From NCBI RefSeq assembly GCF_036321535.1, contig NC_087438.1:111910001-111974000 (forward strand): a stretch of DNA of 64,000 nt. The letters run 5' to 3'. The position numbers and the translations under genes are program-made. Source of the DNA: Camelus dromedarius. Its lineage: Eukaryota. A model generated the notes under the pieces. The model saw only the letters and a program-made list of their open reading frames with translations. It was not told where the DNA came from and did no database searches. Positions 23,162 through 35,654 of the stretch are shown in pieces. How positions within the stretch are numbered: position 1 is the stretch's first letter; each line of letters begins with the position of its first letter.

Positions 23162-24050
23162 TTCCCTTGGCTTCCAGAGCACCACCCTTGCTTGGTTCTC
23201 CTCTCATTTCACTGGTTACTGCTTCCAAACCTCCTTTCCTATTTCTTTCTTCTCTTCCTGACCTCTGAATGTTGAAGTGCCCCAGAGCTCTGTTCTTAGT
23301 CTGCCTGTTTTCTATCTTCATTCGCTTGTTTGGAGAGTTTGGCTAGTTGCCTGGCTTTAAATGCTGTCTACATGCTGATGACTTTCAAATTTGTACCTTC
23401 AGCCAGAGTTCTCTCCTGAATCTCAGACGCATGCATTCTACAGCCTACTCAGCGTCTTCATTTGGTTATCTGATAGACATCTCAAACTCAACTTGTCCAA
23501 AACCGAATTCCCAATCTTCTCTTCCACGTCTGCCCCAAGCCTGCTTCATCCGCAGCCTTTTCCTTCTCAGTTGATAGCATTGCCATTCTTCTGGGTGCTT
23601 AAGCCCAAAGCTTGGAGATATGCTTGAATTCTTTGTCTCTCACATCCCACAATTAATCTGTCAGGAAATGCTGTAGACTTGGCCTTCAAAACATATCCAA
23701 TATTCAACCACTTGTCACTACCTCTATTGCTACCATTCTTGCTACTGTCGTCTCTAGCCTGGAGCGCTGCAGTAACTTCCTAGCAGGTCTCTCTGTCTGC
23801 TCCCCTCGGAGTCTTTGCAGCATGCTATTCGCTCTGCCTAGAATGCCTGCTGCTCAGATATCTGCACGGCAGTGTGCTGTGTCTCCTTTAAGTCTTTGCT
23901 GAGATACCACCTTCGCAATGAGGCTTACCCTGGCCACACTGTTTAAAACTACAGCTTCTTCCCCTCCTTTACCTTCACAGGGGGCACTGTCTATCTCATT
24001 TACTTTACTCTGTTTTCTTTCCCTTAGCACTTAGCACCTTCTGACATAGT
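23162..24050 (+). mobile_element. L2a, 3' part (continues 21440-22540)
   Basis: CTTGGCTTCCAGAGCACCACC...CATGCTGATGACTTTCAAATTTGTACCTTCAGCCAG...TCAAACTCAACTTGTCCAAAACCGAATTCC...AATGAGGCTTACCCTG. Confidence 0.9.
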
Positions 24051-24424
24051 CTCCCCTCATAAGGGGACTTGCTCATAATGGAGCACTGTGCAGGATCTGC
24101 GTGGCCTCCCTGTGTTCACCCTGACACGGTGGACGATGGAGAGTGGGCTTGGGCTTAAGTTCATCTTGCCTTCCAGGCCATGGTCCCAGAATTATAGGAG
24201 TGCTAGATCCTTGAAAGTGGGTCAGGATAGTAAGGCAAGGAATCCATGTTCTTGGGTGTCCTCGGACAAATCCCTTGACTTCTCAGTCCTTGTTTTCCCA
24301 GCTTAAGAATTTTCTGCTTTAAGTAAGTCTCTCTAAACTTTGCAAGTTTAAGCGTGCCTTCAGCCCTTAGGTTGATAAACAAATGGTAGAAACACAGCAT
24401 ATCAAGGAGTATATATAGCATAGC

Positions 24425-24560
24425 AGATAGAGGTGTAGGTTCTGGTGTTTGGCTGCTCGGGTTCTAATCCTGGTACCACCAGTTGTAAGTTGTGCGACAT
24501 TAAACTCCATCCCTTCTGTCCAGTTTTCCTATCTGCAAAATAAGCTCAATAATGATACCT
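24425..24560 (+). mobile_element. MIR SINE
   Basis: GGGTTCTAATCCTGG...AGTTTTCCTATCTGCAAAATAAG...AATGATACCTC. Confidence 0.7.
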
Positions 24561-25219
24561 CTTGCCAGAGACAGATCATCTTATTTTGGTGTGTGGAGGT
24601 TGGGAGTGGGAGGATACGGGTGGAGACGTTGAGGGAAGACACCATGAAAAGTCCCTTTCCATCAGAAGAGTCTGTGTCTGCAGGAAAGTAAGGAGACTGC
24701 CTGCCTTCTGTTAATTAAATGAGTTAGTTTTGGATTGGCTAATTGACAGACCCTGCTCAGTAAATGCTGCTTGAATCAATAAATGAATGAATGTGTCTGA
24801 AAAATAATCCTGTACCTGCACCCTAGGACCCTGTGAAGTTGAATTAGCTATCTAGGTAGGAGAGCAATTTGAATTTATCTAGCCCTTCCTCGCTAGGTGT
24901 ATCAAAGTACATACAGTCAGTTCTGGTTTATATGTGTGTGCTTCACTATGGTAGATTTGTAACGTCCTGCTCTGTCTTTGCAACGCATGTTAATTTGGTT
25001 TGGGGCTACCCTTCTTTATTTTCAAGTTGGGGGTAGGGGTGAAGGCGCAGCAAGGCAATGCAAACTCATTTTAATAGTGGTTTAGAAATAATGATGAAGG
25101 TAAAACAGGGTTTGAAGACATATACTGTGTTCCCAAGCAGAACGAAAATGAGTTTTGTATTATCTGTTCTTTTACATTCTTTACATTCCACTTCCCTTCC
25201 CACCGTGTGAATAGTTAAC

Positions 25220-25348
25220 TGTGGAGAAGTGAAAAGAACATGGGATTTAGACTTGGCTACATCTAGGTTTGAGCCGAAGTTCCTCTACTTTATAGCTGTG
25301 TGTGCTTGTTAATAAGTCCATTAACTTCCCTGCACCTCAGTTTCCTTT
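25220..25348 (+). mobile_element. MIR SINE 5' half
   Basis: GTGAAAAGAACATGGGATTTAGA...CTAGGTTTGAGCC...ACTTTATAGCTGTGTG...CCTCAGTTTCCT. Confidence 0.8.
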
Positions 25349-25350
25349 AA

Positions 25351-25737
25351 GTTATGGACTGAAGATCATAGGTTGAAGCTCTAACCCTTAATAGATCTGT
25401 ATTTGGAGATGGGGCCTTTAAGTAGGTAATTAAGGTTAAATGAGGCCTTAAGGACGTGGACCTTATTCAGTAGCACTGGTGTCCTTAGAAAAAGAGGAAG
25501 AGATACCACGATGTGCACACACTGAGGAAAGGTTACATGAGGAGTTTTACGCATGTCATGTAAAATTGCAGAAGGCAGCTCTCTGCAAGCCAAGGAAAGA
25601 GATCTCACCAGAAACCACCCTTGCTGGCACCTTGATCTTGAACCTGGAGCCTCCTGAACTATAAGAAAATTAATTTCTGTTGTTTAAGCTGGCAAATCTG
25701 TTTTAATCTGTCATGGCAGCCTGATCAGACTAATGCA
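25351..25737 (+). mobile_element. MLT1B (MaLR) solo LTR
   Basis: GTTATGGACTGAA...TATTTGGAGATGGGGCCTTTAAGTAGGTAATTAAGGTTAAATGAGG...CACCTTGATCTTGAAC...TTTCTGTTGTTTAAGC...CAGACTAATGCA. Confidence 0.9.
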
Positions 25738-25784
25738 ATAGGTAATTTGTGATAAGAGTCATTATAATACCGTTGCCATCAGAG

Positions 25785-25985
25785 GAAGCATAGTATAAAA
25801 ATTAAGAGTGAAGCTTCTCAAGTCAGACTTAGCTCTGTCATTAGATTTTCAACCAGCCTGAACCTCAGTTTCCTTATGCATAAAATAAGCATCGTAACAA
25901 TAACGCCGATCTCAGAGAGATGTCATGAGACATCATGGAACGGGTTATTGTATGTAAAAGTTTTAGCACACTGTGTATGCCATGG
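25785..25985 (+). mobile_element. MIR SINE
   Basis: GCATAGTATAAAAATTAAGAGTG...AGTCAGAC...GAACCTCAGTTTCCTTATGCATAAAAT...TGTAAAAGTTTTAGCACAC. Confidence 0.75.
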
Positions 25986-26584
25986 AGCAGGACCTGTGCT
26001 TCATACTTCTTAGTATTTAAAGATCACACTTGTACTACTCACTTTATAGAGTATTTGTGAGGATGAAGCCCGACATTGCATGTCAAGCTGCCATGGAAAA
26101 TTAGATAGTTTTATTGTTATAATCGAGACATGACAGTTTTGGACACATTGTAATAAGCAATATTCATTTAACAAATACTTCATGTGTTAGCATTATATGT
26201 GAAGTTTCATTCATTAATTTTCATTCTGTGGCATTTGTCTTCAAGCTTCTCAGATGAGTACAAGTGTTTTTGAATAGTTAGGTCACTGTGTTGTTGGTCA
26301 GAGCTACAGTAACCTCAGAGCCATGTCCTTGGATTGGCTTTCAGCAGATAAAAAGGTAAAACTGCATTCTGTTGTTCTCCATGACCCAAGGCTAGAAAGA
26401 GCTGGTTGTTTCTGAAGCAAAATCATTATTTTGGGGTGGAGAATACACCAGGAATAAAAATTAATGACAGGGGAGTTCAGATCCACAGTCCCTTTAGGGC
26501 ATCGTGTGTTTAAGCTTCAGATTATTTGATGCTTTTCAGTCATGCCTTGGTTTATTTAAAAGATTTTTAAAAATATAGATTTTG

Positions 26585-27040
26585 ATCTTTTTTGTAAAAT
26601 TATTGTTAGAAATTTCACATTTTTACTTCTATGTAAATGGGATCTTTCTTCAATATGAAATTTTCTAATGAATTTTAGCTGGCATATGTAAAAACTATTA
26701 ATTTTTGTTTATTTGTCTTGCGTCTTACCCCACTTTGTACTCCTTTACTAGTTTAGTTTTTCAGTGAATTCCCTTGGATTTTCTAGGAAAGTAATTATGA
26801 TTGCAAATAGTAATAGTTTTGTCTTTTCCTTTCCAATGTTTATTCAATATTTCCTTTTCTTGCCCTAGTGCATTGGCTAGGACCTCCAGAACAATTCTCA
26901 ATAGTAGCATTTTTGCTTATTTCTAATTGTAATAGAGGTGTTCTTAGTGTTTCACTATGCATGTTTGCTGTTCGTGTCTGATATATACTTTAAACATAAT
27001 ACTAAGAAAATCTCTTTGATTCCTAGTTTAGTTAAAAGTT
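26585..27040 (-). mobile_element. L1M ORF2 fragment
   Basis: TTGGATTTTCTAGG...TCCTTTCCAATGTTTATT...TGCATTGGCTAGGACCTCCAGAACAAT, antisense L1 RT-region motif. Confidence 0.85.
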
Positions 27041-28049
27041 CATAGTGTGGCTTGTTGGTTCCATTTAGTAGAAGTCACTGTTCTCATTTATTCAGACTGG
27101 AGCTATCTTCCCATTCCCCGCTTGGGCCATGAACCCAGGCCTAGGAAGAAGTAGTTGGAAATTTTAGATGAATCATAAGCAGCCACAGTGCCTCACTGTA
27201 TAGATTCTTCTGGGTTAGGCCAACTACAGGAACTTGAACTGATTAAATGAATCACTGAAAAAAATGAACACTAATTTTTTGAACTCTCAAACTAAACCCA
27301 AATGTTATTTTTTAATTGAGTGATGAGTCAAAGAGAAAGCCTTTTTTCTCTTTTTAAAACTCCCTAGGAAATTAGTTCAAAGCAGCACCAAAGCTGTATA
27401 TTTTTGAATACTGTTGAAATGGAACAAAGGGAGAACTTCAAATGTCTCTAAATTCAATCTGCTGAGGACAAAGGCTTCATCTATGCAAAGTCCCTGGTAA
27501 CAAGAGGCATAAATGCTTGGGGGCTTGGAATGGGGTGGGAGTGGCCAGACTCCAGAAGTGGCAGCAGTGGTTTAGCTCCTGCTTCTAATGTTGCTGCACC
27601 CTGGTGATCCCTCAGCCCAGCATCACCCCAGAACCTAAGCAGAGTATGAATCATGGTTGACCTGATACTAGGAATCAAGCTCAAGCCATCACTTCCCAGG
27701 ACGTATGCTCTGAGGAGGGAAAAGCACATATGTACAATCCATCCACAGTCCCCCCTATCATAATGACAAAGCAAATGGCATTAGCTGCTTTTTCCTTTTC
27801 CATGTAGGTGCTTTCCACTGGAAAAGTTGTGAAATGGGCAACATTTGTCTTCAGTTCTACAGTTTTGCATTTCTTGCCCCCCTGTGTTTTCAGTAGGGGG
27901 CAGATCTAGTTCACTTCTGCACTCTGAGGACCCAGCTAAGTACTGAGTACAAAAATGGTCTCAGTTTAAAATTTTAATTTTTCAAGGAAAGCTTTTTTGA
28001 CTGCTGACCTGCCTCAATCTGGGTCAGTTTGAGTCTTCTGATCTGTTCA

Positions 28050-28240
28050 TATCACACACTGTATTCACATTACTATCACAACTGAAATTAAATCATTTCT
28101 GTATTTTTGTTCATTTCTTGGTTTAATGTCTGTCTTCAGAGCTAGAAAGTAAATGTCATGAGGGCATTTCTTTGGAATGTGACTTGCCCATAGTATGTAC
28201 CCAGTACGTACTGGATTGATGGATGGTTGGATGGATGGCC
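28050..28240 (+). mobile_element. L2 3' end
   Basis: GTCTGTCTTC...CTAGAAAGTAAATGTCATGAGGGC...CCATAGTATGTACCCAG...GGATTGATGGATGG. Confidence 0.7.
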
Positions 28241-28594
28241 TGTAGGACCACAGTGAGAGAACTCTAATAATACCTTTGCTATAGCAGTGGTTGCCAGCCT
28301 TTTGGAATATAACCATACCTTACTCTCTCTTTTAATATTTCTCAATTTATGATGTCCTCCCATGACTATAATTGTAACCATGCTGGATGTACTTTTGAGT
28401 TACATACCCCTTGTGATTAATCGGCGGTGCCAAACGTTGAGATCAATTGGTCTAACAGATGAAATGAAACTCTTTTTAAAAACATTTCAGTTCAAACTCC
28501 ATCCACAGTCTGGTTTCACTTTTACATCTCACCATTTCCCTGAGGTAAGAACACACTTTGTACTTCCCAGCCGAGTTGTTTTTCTCTAAAAAGC

Positions 28595-28770
28595 TCTGTG
28601 CTTCCTCGGCTGTGTTATGCTAACAGTCTTTCCAGACCCAGTTTAAGTGTCACCTTCTCCAGAAATCCTTCCCTGACTGCTCGTTCCTCACTCTTTCCAA
28701 AGATTCTCTTTAAAATTGACCCTCCGATACTCTTCCTTGGTAGGTAGCACCCATGGTGTTGAATTCAGCT
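28595..28770 (+). mobile_element. L2 fragment (resumes at ~29185-29280)
   Basis: CAGTTTAAGTGTCACCTTCTCCAGAAATCCTTCCCTGAC; after the LTR, AAGCTTCCTGAGGTACAGGCCATGTCTT...TGCTTGACATGTAGTCAGTGCTCAG. Confidence 0.7.
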
Positions 28771-28774
28771 CTAT

Positions 28775-29183
28775 CGTGCTTGCATTCTCTAGGCAGCGTA
28801 CACTGAGATGGAGTTAAGTGGGGTGGGATGTTTATTAGGGAGTGAGTGCCCTTTGGACCAGCATCTGTGAAAAGGAGAGAAATGAAGAAGGAGTGGGCAG
28901 AGGGAGAAACTGACCTGAGATGTAGATCTTCCTAGAACTTCCACCCACACGGGGAGCTTGGCAGGTCAGTGTTGTCTGGCATTGATCAAAGAGGCCAGGC
29001 GTTTATACCCATATAGCCATCAGTCATCGGATGTCACCTCCCCGGGCAGGAGCGAGCTTGGGTGGCGCAGCTTACTGCAGTGGATGTAATCCCTCTAGCA
29101 GCAGACAGCTAAAGGCTCTCTGCGGACAGCGCGCCCAGCTGGTGGACAGACTACTTCTTGAAAGGCAATCTGTGTCAACCACA
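28775..29183 (-). mobile_element. LTR16-group (ERVL) solo LTR
   Basis: GAGATGGAG...TTTATTAGGGAGTG...GGGCAGAGGGAGAAACTGA...CCCACACGGGGAGC...TTTATACCC...CAGTCATCGGATG...CCCAGCTGG match recalled LTR16 antisense. Confidence 0.7.
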
Positions 29184-29565
29184 AGCTTCCTGAGGTACAG
29201 GCCATGTCTTATTTGTCTGGGAAGTTTCCACAGTGCCTCGCCCTGTGCTTGACATGTAGTCAGTGCTCAGTGCGTTAATAGCTGCTGTAGAATTGCCGGT
29301 TGTTATCAGTCTAAGTGCTTATTTCTGGCCATCTAATGAGTTCTCTGAAGGCAGGAACACTTTTCTCCCCCAGAACTGATTACTAGGCTTTTCACATAAT
29401 AGGGGTGATTGATCCAGCTGCCTCTTAGAGCTGGTGTGTGTTTCATAGTGCCTGTCTTAGAACTCGGTATACATACGCTGTGATTAGTGTATGTGGATCA
29501 TGGACAGAATGAGTGTTTGTGGTGGTTGAACTTGGGTAAGATGATTGAGGGATAAGGGAGATGAA

Positions 29566-29626
29566 GGTGTGTGTGTGTGTGTGTGTGTGTATGTTGTGAG
29601 GTGTGTGTGTGTGTGTGTGCGCGCGC
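29566..29626. repeat. Compound (TG)n/(GC)n microsatellite
   Basis: Two TG tracts separated by TATGTTGTGAGG, ending GCGCGCGC. Confidence 0.95.
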
Positions 29627-29946
29627 TTATGAGTGTGCACATGTATGACTGGGTATGAGCACGTGGGGGCCACAGTGCATCTTCCCTGGCTGGGGTGTGG
29701 TGCATGGTGTCTAGTTGACAGTGGTTGGGAGCCCAGACTCAAAGCTGTAGGCTCCTCTCCCCTGGCCTTGCAAAGGCTGAGCAGGCCCCATCTCTAGCCC
29801 TCTCAGTGTGAAGTCCCTCCACTTTCAACAGACAGCAGTATCAGCCATAATTAAAGGTAATTATTCCGCGGTGCTCTGCATGTGTGTTGGCCTCCAAAGT
29901 ACCCTGCAATGAGCAGGGAGGCAGCGGGGCTGTTTTTCTTCATAAA

Positions 29947-30166
29947 NNNNNNNNNNNNNNNNNNNNNNNNNNNNNNNNNNNNNNNNNNNNNNNNNNNNNN
30001 NNNNNNNNNNNNNNNNNNNNNNNNNNNNNNNNNNNNNNNNNNNNNNNNNNNNNNNNNNNNNNNNNNNNNNNNNNNNNNNNNNNNNNNNNNNNNNNNNNNN
30101 NNNNNNNNNNNNNNNNNNNNNNNNNNNNNNNNNNNNNNNNNNNNNNNNNNNNNNNNNNNNNNNNNN
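29947..30166. other. Assembly gap (220 N)
   Basis: Run of N. Confidence 1.
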
Positions 30167-30269
30167 GGCAGAGACAGTGCCTCCGTGGTGGCTGCCACGA
30201 GAGAGGCATTTCGGGTCACAGAGCCGTCAGAACTGGGAGGGGAGGGGCCGAGGAGGGAGACTGATGGGA

Positions 30270-30401
30270 NNNNNNNNNNNNNNNNNNNNNNNNNNNNNNN
30301 NNNNNNNNNNNNNNNNNNNNNNNNNNNNNNNNNNNNNNNNNNNNNNNNNNNNNNNNNNNNNNNNNNNNNNNNNNNNNNNNNNNNNNNNNNNNNNNNNNNN
30401 N
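30270..30401. other. Assembly gap (132 N)
   Basis: Run of N. Confidence 1.
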
Positions 30402-30761
30402 TTGTACAGAAGGAAAAAAAAAACCTTGCTGGAAGGATTGGGAATGGGGAGCCGCCCCATCACAGCAGCCCTTGAGAAGCAGGACGGAAGGGAAAGTTCT
30501 CGTGTTGGTGCAGTGGTGTCAGGGAGTGGGGATGGGCGTGTTTGGGGCTGGTTCCTGCTTGCCCGGCCTGGCTTGGTTAAGGTGGAGCACGGTGAGGAGC
30601 TTGAAGGCTTACTGGGAGGAGCCTCTCATAAACCCTGCTGGCTGCCTTCCTTTAGACTCTTCACAAAGTGGCATTCTGATTAAGCCAAATAGAGCAGAAC
30701 CATTTAAAGAATCTGGCACAGTGTTTCTTGCAGTGTGGCTTCTGACCCATGAGCACTGGCT

Positions 30762-30921
30762 CAGTGCACTCAAATTTAGGTGTTCATAAGAGTCACCTGG
30801 AAGCTGGGAAAAGTGCAGCTTCCTGAGTCTGATTTGCCAGGTCCAAGCCGGGGCCTAGGAATCTGCATTCAAACAAGAGTGCCAGGTGGTTTTCCTGTCC
30901 ACTAAAGGTTAAGAGCCACTG
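30762..30921 (+). mobile_element. MER5A-type (hAT-Charlie) MITE
   Basis: CAGTGCACTCAAATTTAGG...GAGTCACCTGGAAGC...GGGGCCTAGGAATCTGCATTCAAACAAG...TAAGAGCCACTG. Confidence 0.8.
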
Positions 30922-30924
30922 GGT

Positions 30925-31090
30925 CTGTGCTCAGAATCAGGACTTCTGTTCCATTTCCTATCCTCCCCAGAGTCTGCATGTATGTGACTTTGGACTGTTT
31001 GCTTCTCTATTCTGTGTCTTGGTTTCCTTGTCAATGCATGGGGGATGATAATACCAGTTGAGAAATTACTTTGAGATGAATGCCTCATTT
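30925..31090 (+). mobile_element. MIR SINE
   Basis: TGTATGTGACTTTGG...GGTTTCCTTGTCAATGCATGGGGATGATAATACC. Confidence 0.65.
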
Positions 31091-31544
31091 GCTTTCACTG
31101 CTTGTACAACCCAAATTAAATCTTGAAATCCTGGCATACTCTTTACAATCCATTCAGATCTCAAACAGGTTTATAAATAAAATAATTAAAATAGAAAAAT
31201 ATATTACTTGTCATCAGCTTTTCTTTTTGAGTTTGGTCTCCACTTTCTTTGTTGCTATTTTTCTGGCTGCTGGTAGGGTAGAGATTTAAAATTTTTTTTT
31301 AATTGTGCGATGCCAGAAATAGAACAAAATGGTTGTGGCAGGAATATGAGAAAAGGCAGATGGGTCTATAGTGCATTTAGAGTGCGGCAGACAACCTCTG
31401 ACTGTCTTGATTAAAATTTGCCAGACTACACGTCTCCTATCAATTTCAACAGGTCAAGGGACATTAACATTGCAATTGTCTGTAAAGGGCTAATGCAACT
31501 GCACATGACTGTCTTTGTGTATTAGGTAACACAGGGATCCTGCT

Positions 31545-31870
31545 TCAAAGAATTCTGATTTCAGCATGTGTGCTAGACATTGTTCTAGGCAATGATGCTA
31601 TAGAGATAAATAAGACACATTCCTTGCCAATAAGAAGCTCATTATCTAGGGGAAAATAGACAGAGGAACAGATAATTATAACATCATGCGATCATAGATG
31701 CTAGGTACCATGAGGGTACAGAGGAAGAACAGACATGTTGTTCTTGGTGAGAGGCGGAGAGAGGCGATATGCAGGGTTTGGAAGAATGTCACAACATTGG
31801 AAGGCAATGAAGGGAAATTCTTATTGGCAGGAACAACACTTGGCACAATAGTCAAATAGATAAAAGACTC
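31545..31870 (-). mobile_element. L2 3' fragment
   Basis: TGTGCTAGACATTGTTCTAGGC...AATAAGACACATTCCTTGCCAATAAGAAGCTCATTATCTAGGGG...GAGGGTACAGAGG. Confidence 0.8.
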
Positions 31871-31889
31871 TCTTTGGCACATCCCCCGT

Positions 31890-32640
31890 CTCTGGTTTCA
31901 ACAATTTTCTCTCTGTTTTATGTGTATCCTGAGCCCTGGGGAACCCAATAACTCAGATACCCTGAGATTCCTCTGTGGCTCAACACGACTAGAGCATGTC
32001 CTTCTGAACACTCCCATTGCAATGTACATTTCCTAACCACCAACACCTCACTGTGCTGTGCTCTAATCTCTTGTCTTTCTCATGTGATGCTTTGGAACAA
32101 CTTTAGCTCTTCTCTTTCTCTTTTGCCTATGATGTTAAACTCACTAAGACCTATTGCTGCTATCTCTGAAATGTCTCTTGGTGCCTTCTTCTCTGCCTCT
32201 TGTTTTTCCCATTGCCCTACATTACATTCTCATGATCTCTCACCTAGATTCTTAATAACAACCTTAAGGCAGCCTTTTGCCTCTAATTTTCTGGCCATTT
32301 GGTACAGTCTCCACGTGGCCACAGATAATGTTATTTTAGAATAGAAATATGAAGAGTTACACCTTTTCATACATTTGTTGAATAAATGCAATCACTTCTC
32401 TGTGGTCTTAGAGGTCTAAGTGGTCTGTGGTCTGCATATTTTGATCCAATTCCAATCTTTCTGGGATCATCTTCTTCTGATAGGTTCTGGCTTCAACCGC
32501 GTGAAAGGCTCCAGTATCATCTCCAATGAGCCATTTGTCATCCTTTGAGACCACAGTATGTGTCCATGATTTCATGCTTGGTTAACATGATTCCCTTTGC
32601 CTGGAATGCCTTTCAGAGAACTTTATACCTTAACACCTTC
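31890..32640 (+). mobile_element. Degenerate L2 (L2b/c-like)
   Basis: CCTCTAATTTTCTGGCCATTTGG...CCACAGATAATGTTATTTTAGAA...TTCCCTTTGCCTGGAATGCC. Confidence 0.55.
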
Positions 32641-32984
32641 CTAGAAGAGTTAGAAATAGTATTGGATAATTGAAATGATTTGGTGATTGAAATAAGTAGT
32701 ATCTCCTCTATCGTGAGCTCATGTGGTAGGTGAAGGGAGGTCTGCATGGCTTGGTCTAGTCCTTGGTCTTAATATTTCAACACATTAAGCAATGTTTTAC
32801 TACTTTATTCTAACCATGGTCCTCTGGTCCCATGCTCAAATAATATATTGGGAAGTGTTGAATATTTACAGTTAATTTTGTGAAATATTTGATTCCTTTT
32901 GGGCCTTTTCTATCATGCTGTGGGAATTTAATGAATTTCTAAAAACTTTAGTGCTCACCTTCTTTTTTCACCTATTATGAATTA

Positions 32985-33200
32985 TAACAATAAACATTTA
33001 TTGGGTACTTCTAATGTGCCAGGCATAGTTCTAAATTACTTACATGAAATTAACTCATGAAATTCTCACATTAGTCCTATGTGGTAGGCTTTATTATCAT
33101 CATCATTTTAATGATGATGAAATTGGACTCACAGAGAGGTTAAACAGTTTGTCTAGGAGGTGGTGAGTGGCCCTCTGGCTCCAGAACCTACATTCATATA
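32985..33200 (-). mobile_element. MIR SINE
   Basis: ACATTTATTGGGTACTTCTAATGTGCCAGGCATAG...CCTATGTGGTAGG...GGACTCACAGAGAGGTTAA. Confidence 0.85.
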
Positions 33201-33879
33201 TACAGAGCTAGTAATTATGTACACGTGGGTGGAGAACTATCGAGTGGAGGTATTAAAAAATTAGGTAGGCGTCCAAATTCTGTCTTATCTCAGCTACTCT
33301 CCCCTAGTCCCAGCGAGGTCCGCAAAGATGTGTGCCCACAACAAGGCCAGACGAAGGGACACTTTGTTACCAGGATGAGTTTTAGCCTTCTACCTTAAGT
33401 CACTTGGAGGACACATTTTTCCTCAAACAGAAGGAGACCCAGTCCTAGAGTCAGATCCTAGAACCTGGCCGGGAGGCTTCCTTTCTTTGCTGCATTCTCT
33501 GAGCCCTTGACTCTGTCTTGTACTGGTGAGCAAAGGTTAGTAACAGGAGGAACCAGTCAGGCAGCAAAAATAGCAAGAACAAGCGTTAGTCTGGCTCCTT
33601 GCACCTGGAGATGGGAACATCCCGAGAGCATTTGTGTGGAGCACAGTGCATATGCTTCTTCTTCTTATAGATAATGATACGCACATCCTGTCTCTTTGGT
33701 ATTGCAGTAGACTAGACAACAAGGCTGTGTTCATAAGAGATCTCAATAAATTGTTACAGAAATGAATTCAAGATTCTGTACGTAGAAGAACAGCAAAGGC
33801 TTTAATGTAGAAGGTTCATTGAAGCCATTAATAAAATTTTCTAAGCTATTCCATATATTCATAACTAGGTAATATTTAT

Positions 33880-34470
33880 GTGATTTATGGTTTACTCATA
33901 TAGTGGAATGTTTTGCAGTCATTAAAATTTTTTTCTTAATTTTTGCAAGTCGTCTTAAATGAAGTAAGAATTTTTAATGATGTCATATTAAGTGAAAAAG
34001 CAGGATGCAAGATCTCAAAAAGCAGGTCTCAACTATGTAAAAATAGGCATTAATAGTCATTAAAAAAATAAAGATGATCTACACTTGCTTCTTCAGGATT
34101 TATTGTTAAATCATAAAGGAAAGAGCAGAATAGGGCCTATGGAATGATACCATTTTATGTAAAACAATATATACAATTCTTGAAGCCCACACAAAAAACT
34201 GGGGAATAAATCTGGGGGTAGCAGTGGCTAGAGTGGAAAAAAGTAACTTAATTTTTATTATACTAGTTTTCATGCCTTGCATTTTTTGCTGTGTCCATAC
34301 ATTTTTTTCAATAATAAAAGTTTCCTTTTTGTAATTATATGCACACACACACACACACATATACCAGTTAGCCGTAATGAGAGTGTGAGCAATTCAATTT
34401 TTCTTCTTTTATCTTCTCTTAAGTTTCTAAATGTTGTACAATGAATGTATCTTATTTTTATAAGTAAAAA
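33880..34470 (+). mobile_element. L1ME 3' end fragments (contains a (CA)n)
   Basis: GGAATGTTTTGCAGTCATTAAAA...ATTAAGTGAAAAAGCAGG...TGATACCATTTTATGTAAAA...TTTCTAAATGTTGTACAATGAATGTAT. Confidence 0.65.
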
Positions 34471-34569
34471 TATTAAACTTGATTTGGGACAAGCTGAAAA
34501 CCTGGGATGGAGACCAGGGACAGAATTATGAGAGAAGTCTCTGTGTTTTCTTATGGAAAACTCAAGCAT

Positions 34570-34840
34570 TTTTCAGACATCTGCTGAGAGATTTCTTCCC
34601 CAGAGAAACCTCGTCCTGAATACTTAATAACAGGCGAGCCTCCCCTATTATTCTCTCCATAGCACCCTGCTTGGTTTCCTTCACTGCATTTTCACCATCG
34701 TTTTATTTGTTGGTGTGTTTTCCTGTTTAATATTTGTGTCTTCTTCTGGGCTGTAGATTCACTATACTCCAGCACACAGCCCAGTGCCTGTTGCATGGTA
34801 GGCACTCAATAAATATTTGCTGAGTTACTAAATGAAGAAG
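34570..34840 (+). mobile_element. L2 3' end
   Basis: CAGCACACAGCCCAGTGCCTG...GTAGGCACTCAATAAATATTTGCTGA. Confidence 0.8.
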
Positions 34841-35654
34841 TGGACACTCATCCTCTTCATGACCATGTATCATAGAACCGAGTGGCAAAAGTCTATAGAT
34901 CAGAGAAGAAACACCTACAGTGGACTTATGCTTTAGAATGACTGTTAAGCATGGTTCCAACAGGGTCACAAGAGCACAAGGATGGGCTACAAAAACAGAG
35001 TGGAAGGTAGAGAGGGATGGCCTGTACTTAGGACAGCTATGTGATGCTGGAAAGTGGGCTTTCTCATGGGTGGCCGGTGTCAGCTTGTCAGATTCGTGGT
35101 GAAGGCCCCCCTGTTGTCACATGGGCACATACATTGGGAATGAGGGATGGAAGGTGGACTACCAACTGGTACCATTAACCCTCGTGAAAGCCCACATTCC
35201 ATTTATAAGGAAGACTATGACGTTAGAAGTGACAAAGCACAAAATGGTAGGAATGAATTTGGAGAGCTGGAGTTTCTTAGACTTGGCTAGGCTGGGAGCT
35301 GGCTGTGTGTCTTTGTTGTAGTCACCTCACCTCTCTGAGTCTTGTTTTATCATTTGGAAAAGGAAGGCACTGACTGATGATCTCTCAGGGTCCTTGCAGC
35401 ATACCACTGAATGATTATATAAAACAGAGGGTTTTTAGGGCTTGGTTGGAGAAACCTTTCAGTATGACTTACAGTCACTGTCAGTTGGGTCCCAACGGAA
35501 GGCATGGCACAAATGTGGGATGTGAATTTGGTCATGGAGGATGGGCTAACATAATGTGATAACAGGTCATCCCAACATCTCTCCACAGAAAAGAATTGGT
35601 CTTCAGTGACTCTGACCAGTAAGATGCATGAAATGGCTCATGTATATGCAAAGG

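Larger units (their letters stand above)
29820..30620. promoter_or_regulatory. GC/CpG-rich enhancer-like unique sequence (interrupted by two gaps)
   Basis: Two TAATTA at 10-bp spacing (29848, 29858); 5 CpG in the 103-bp island between the gaps; G4 motif 30235-30257. Confidence 0.4.
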
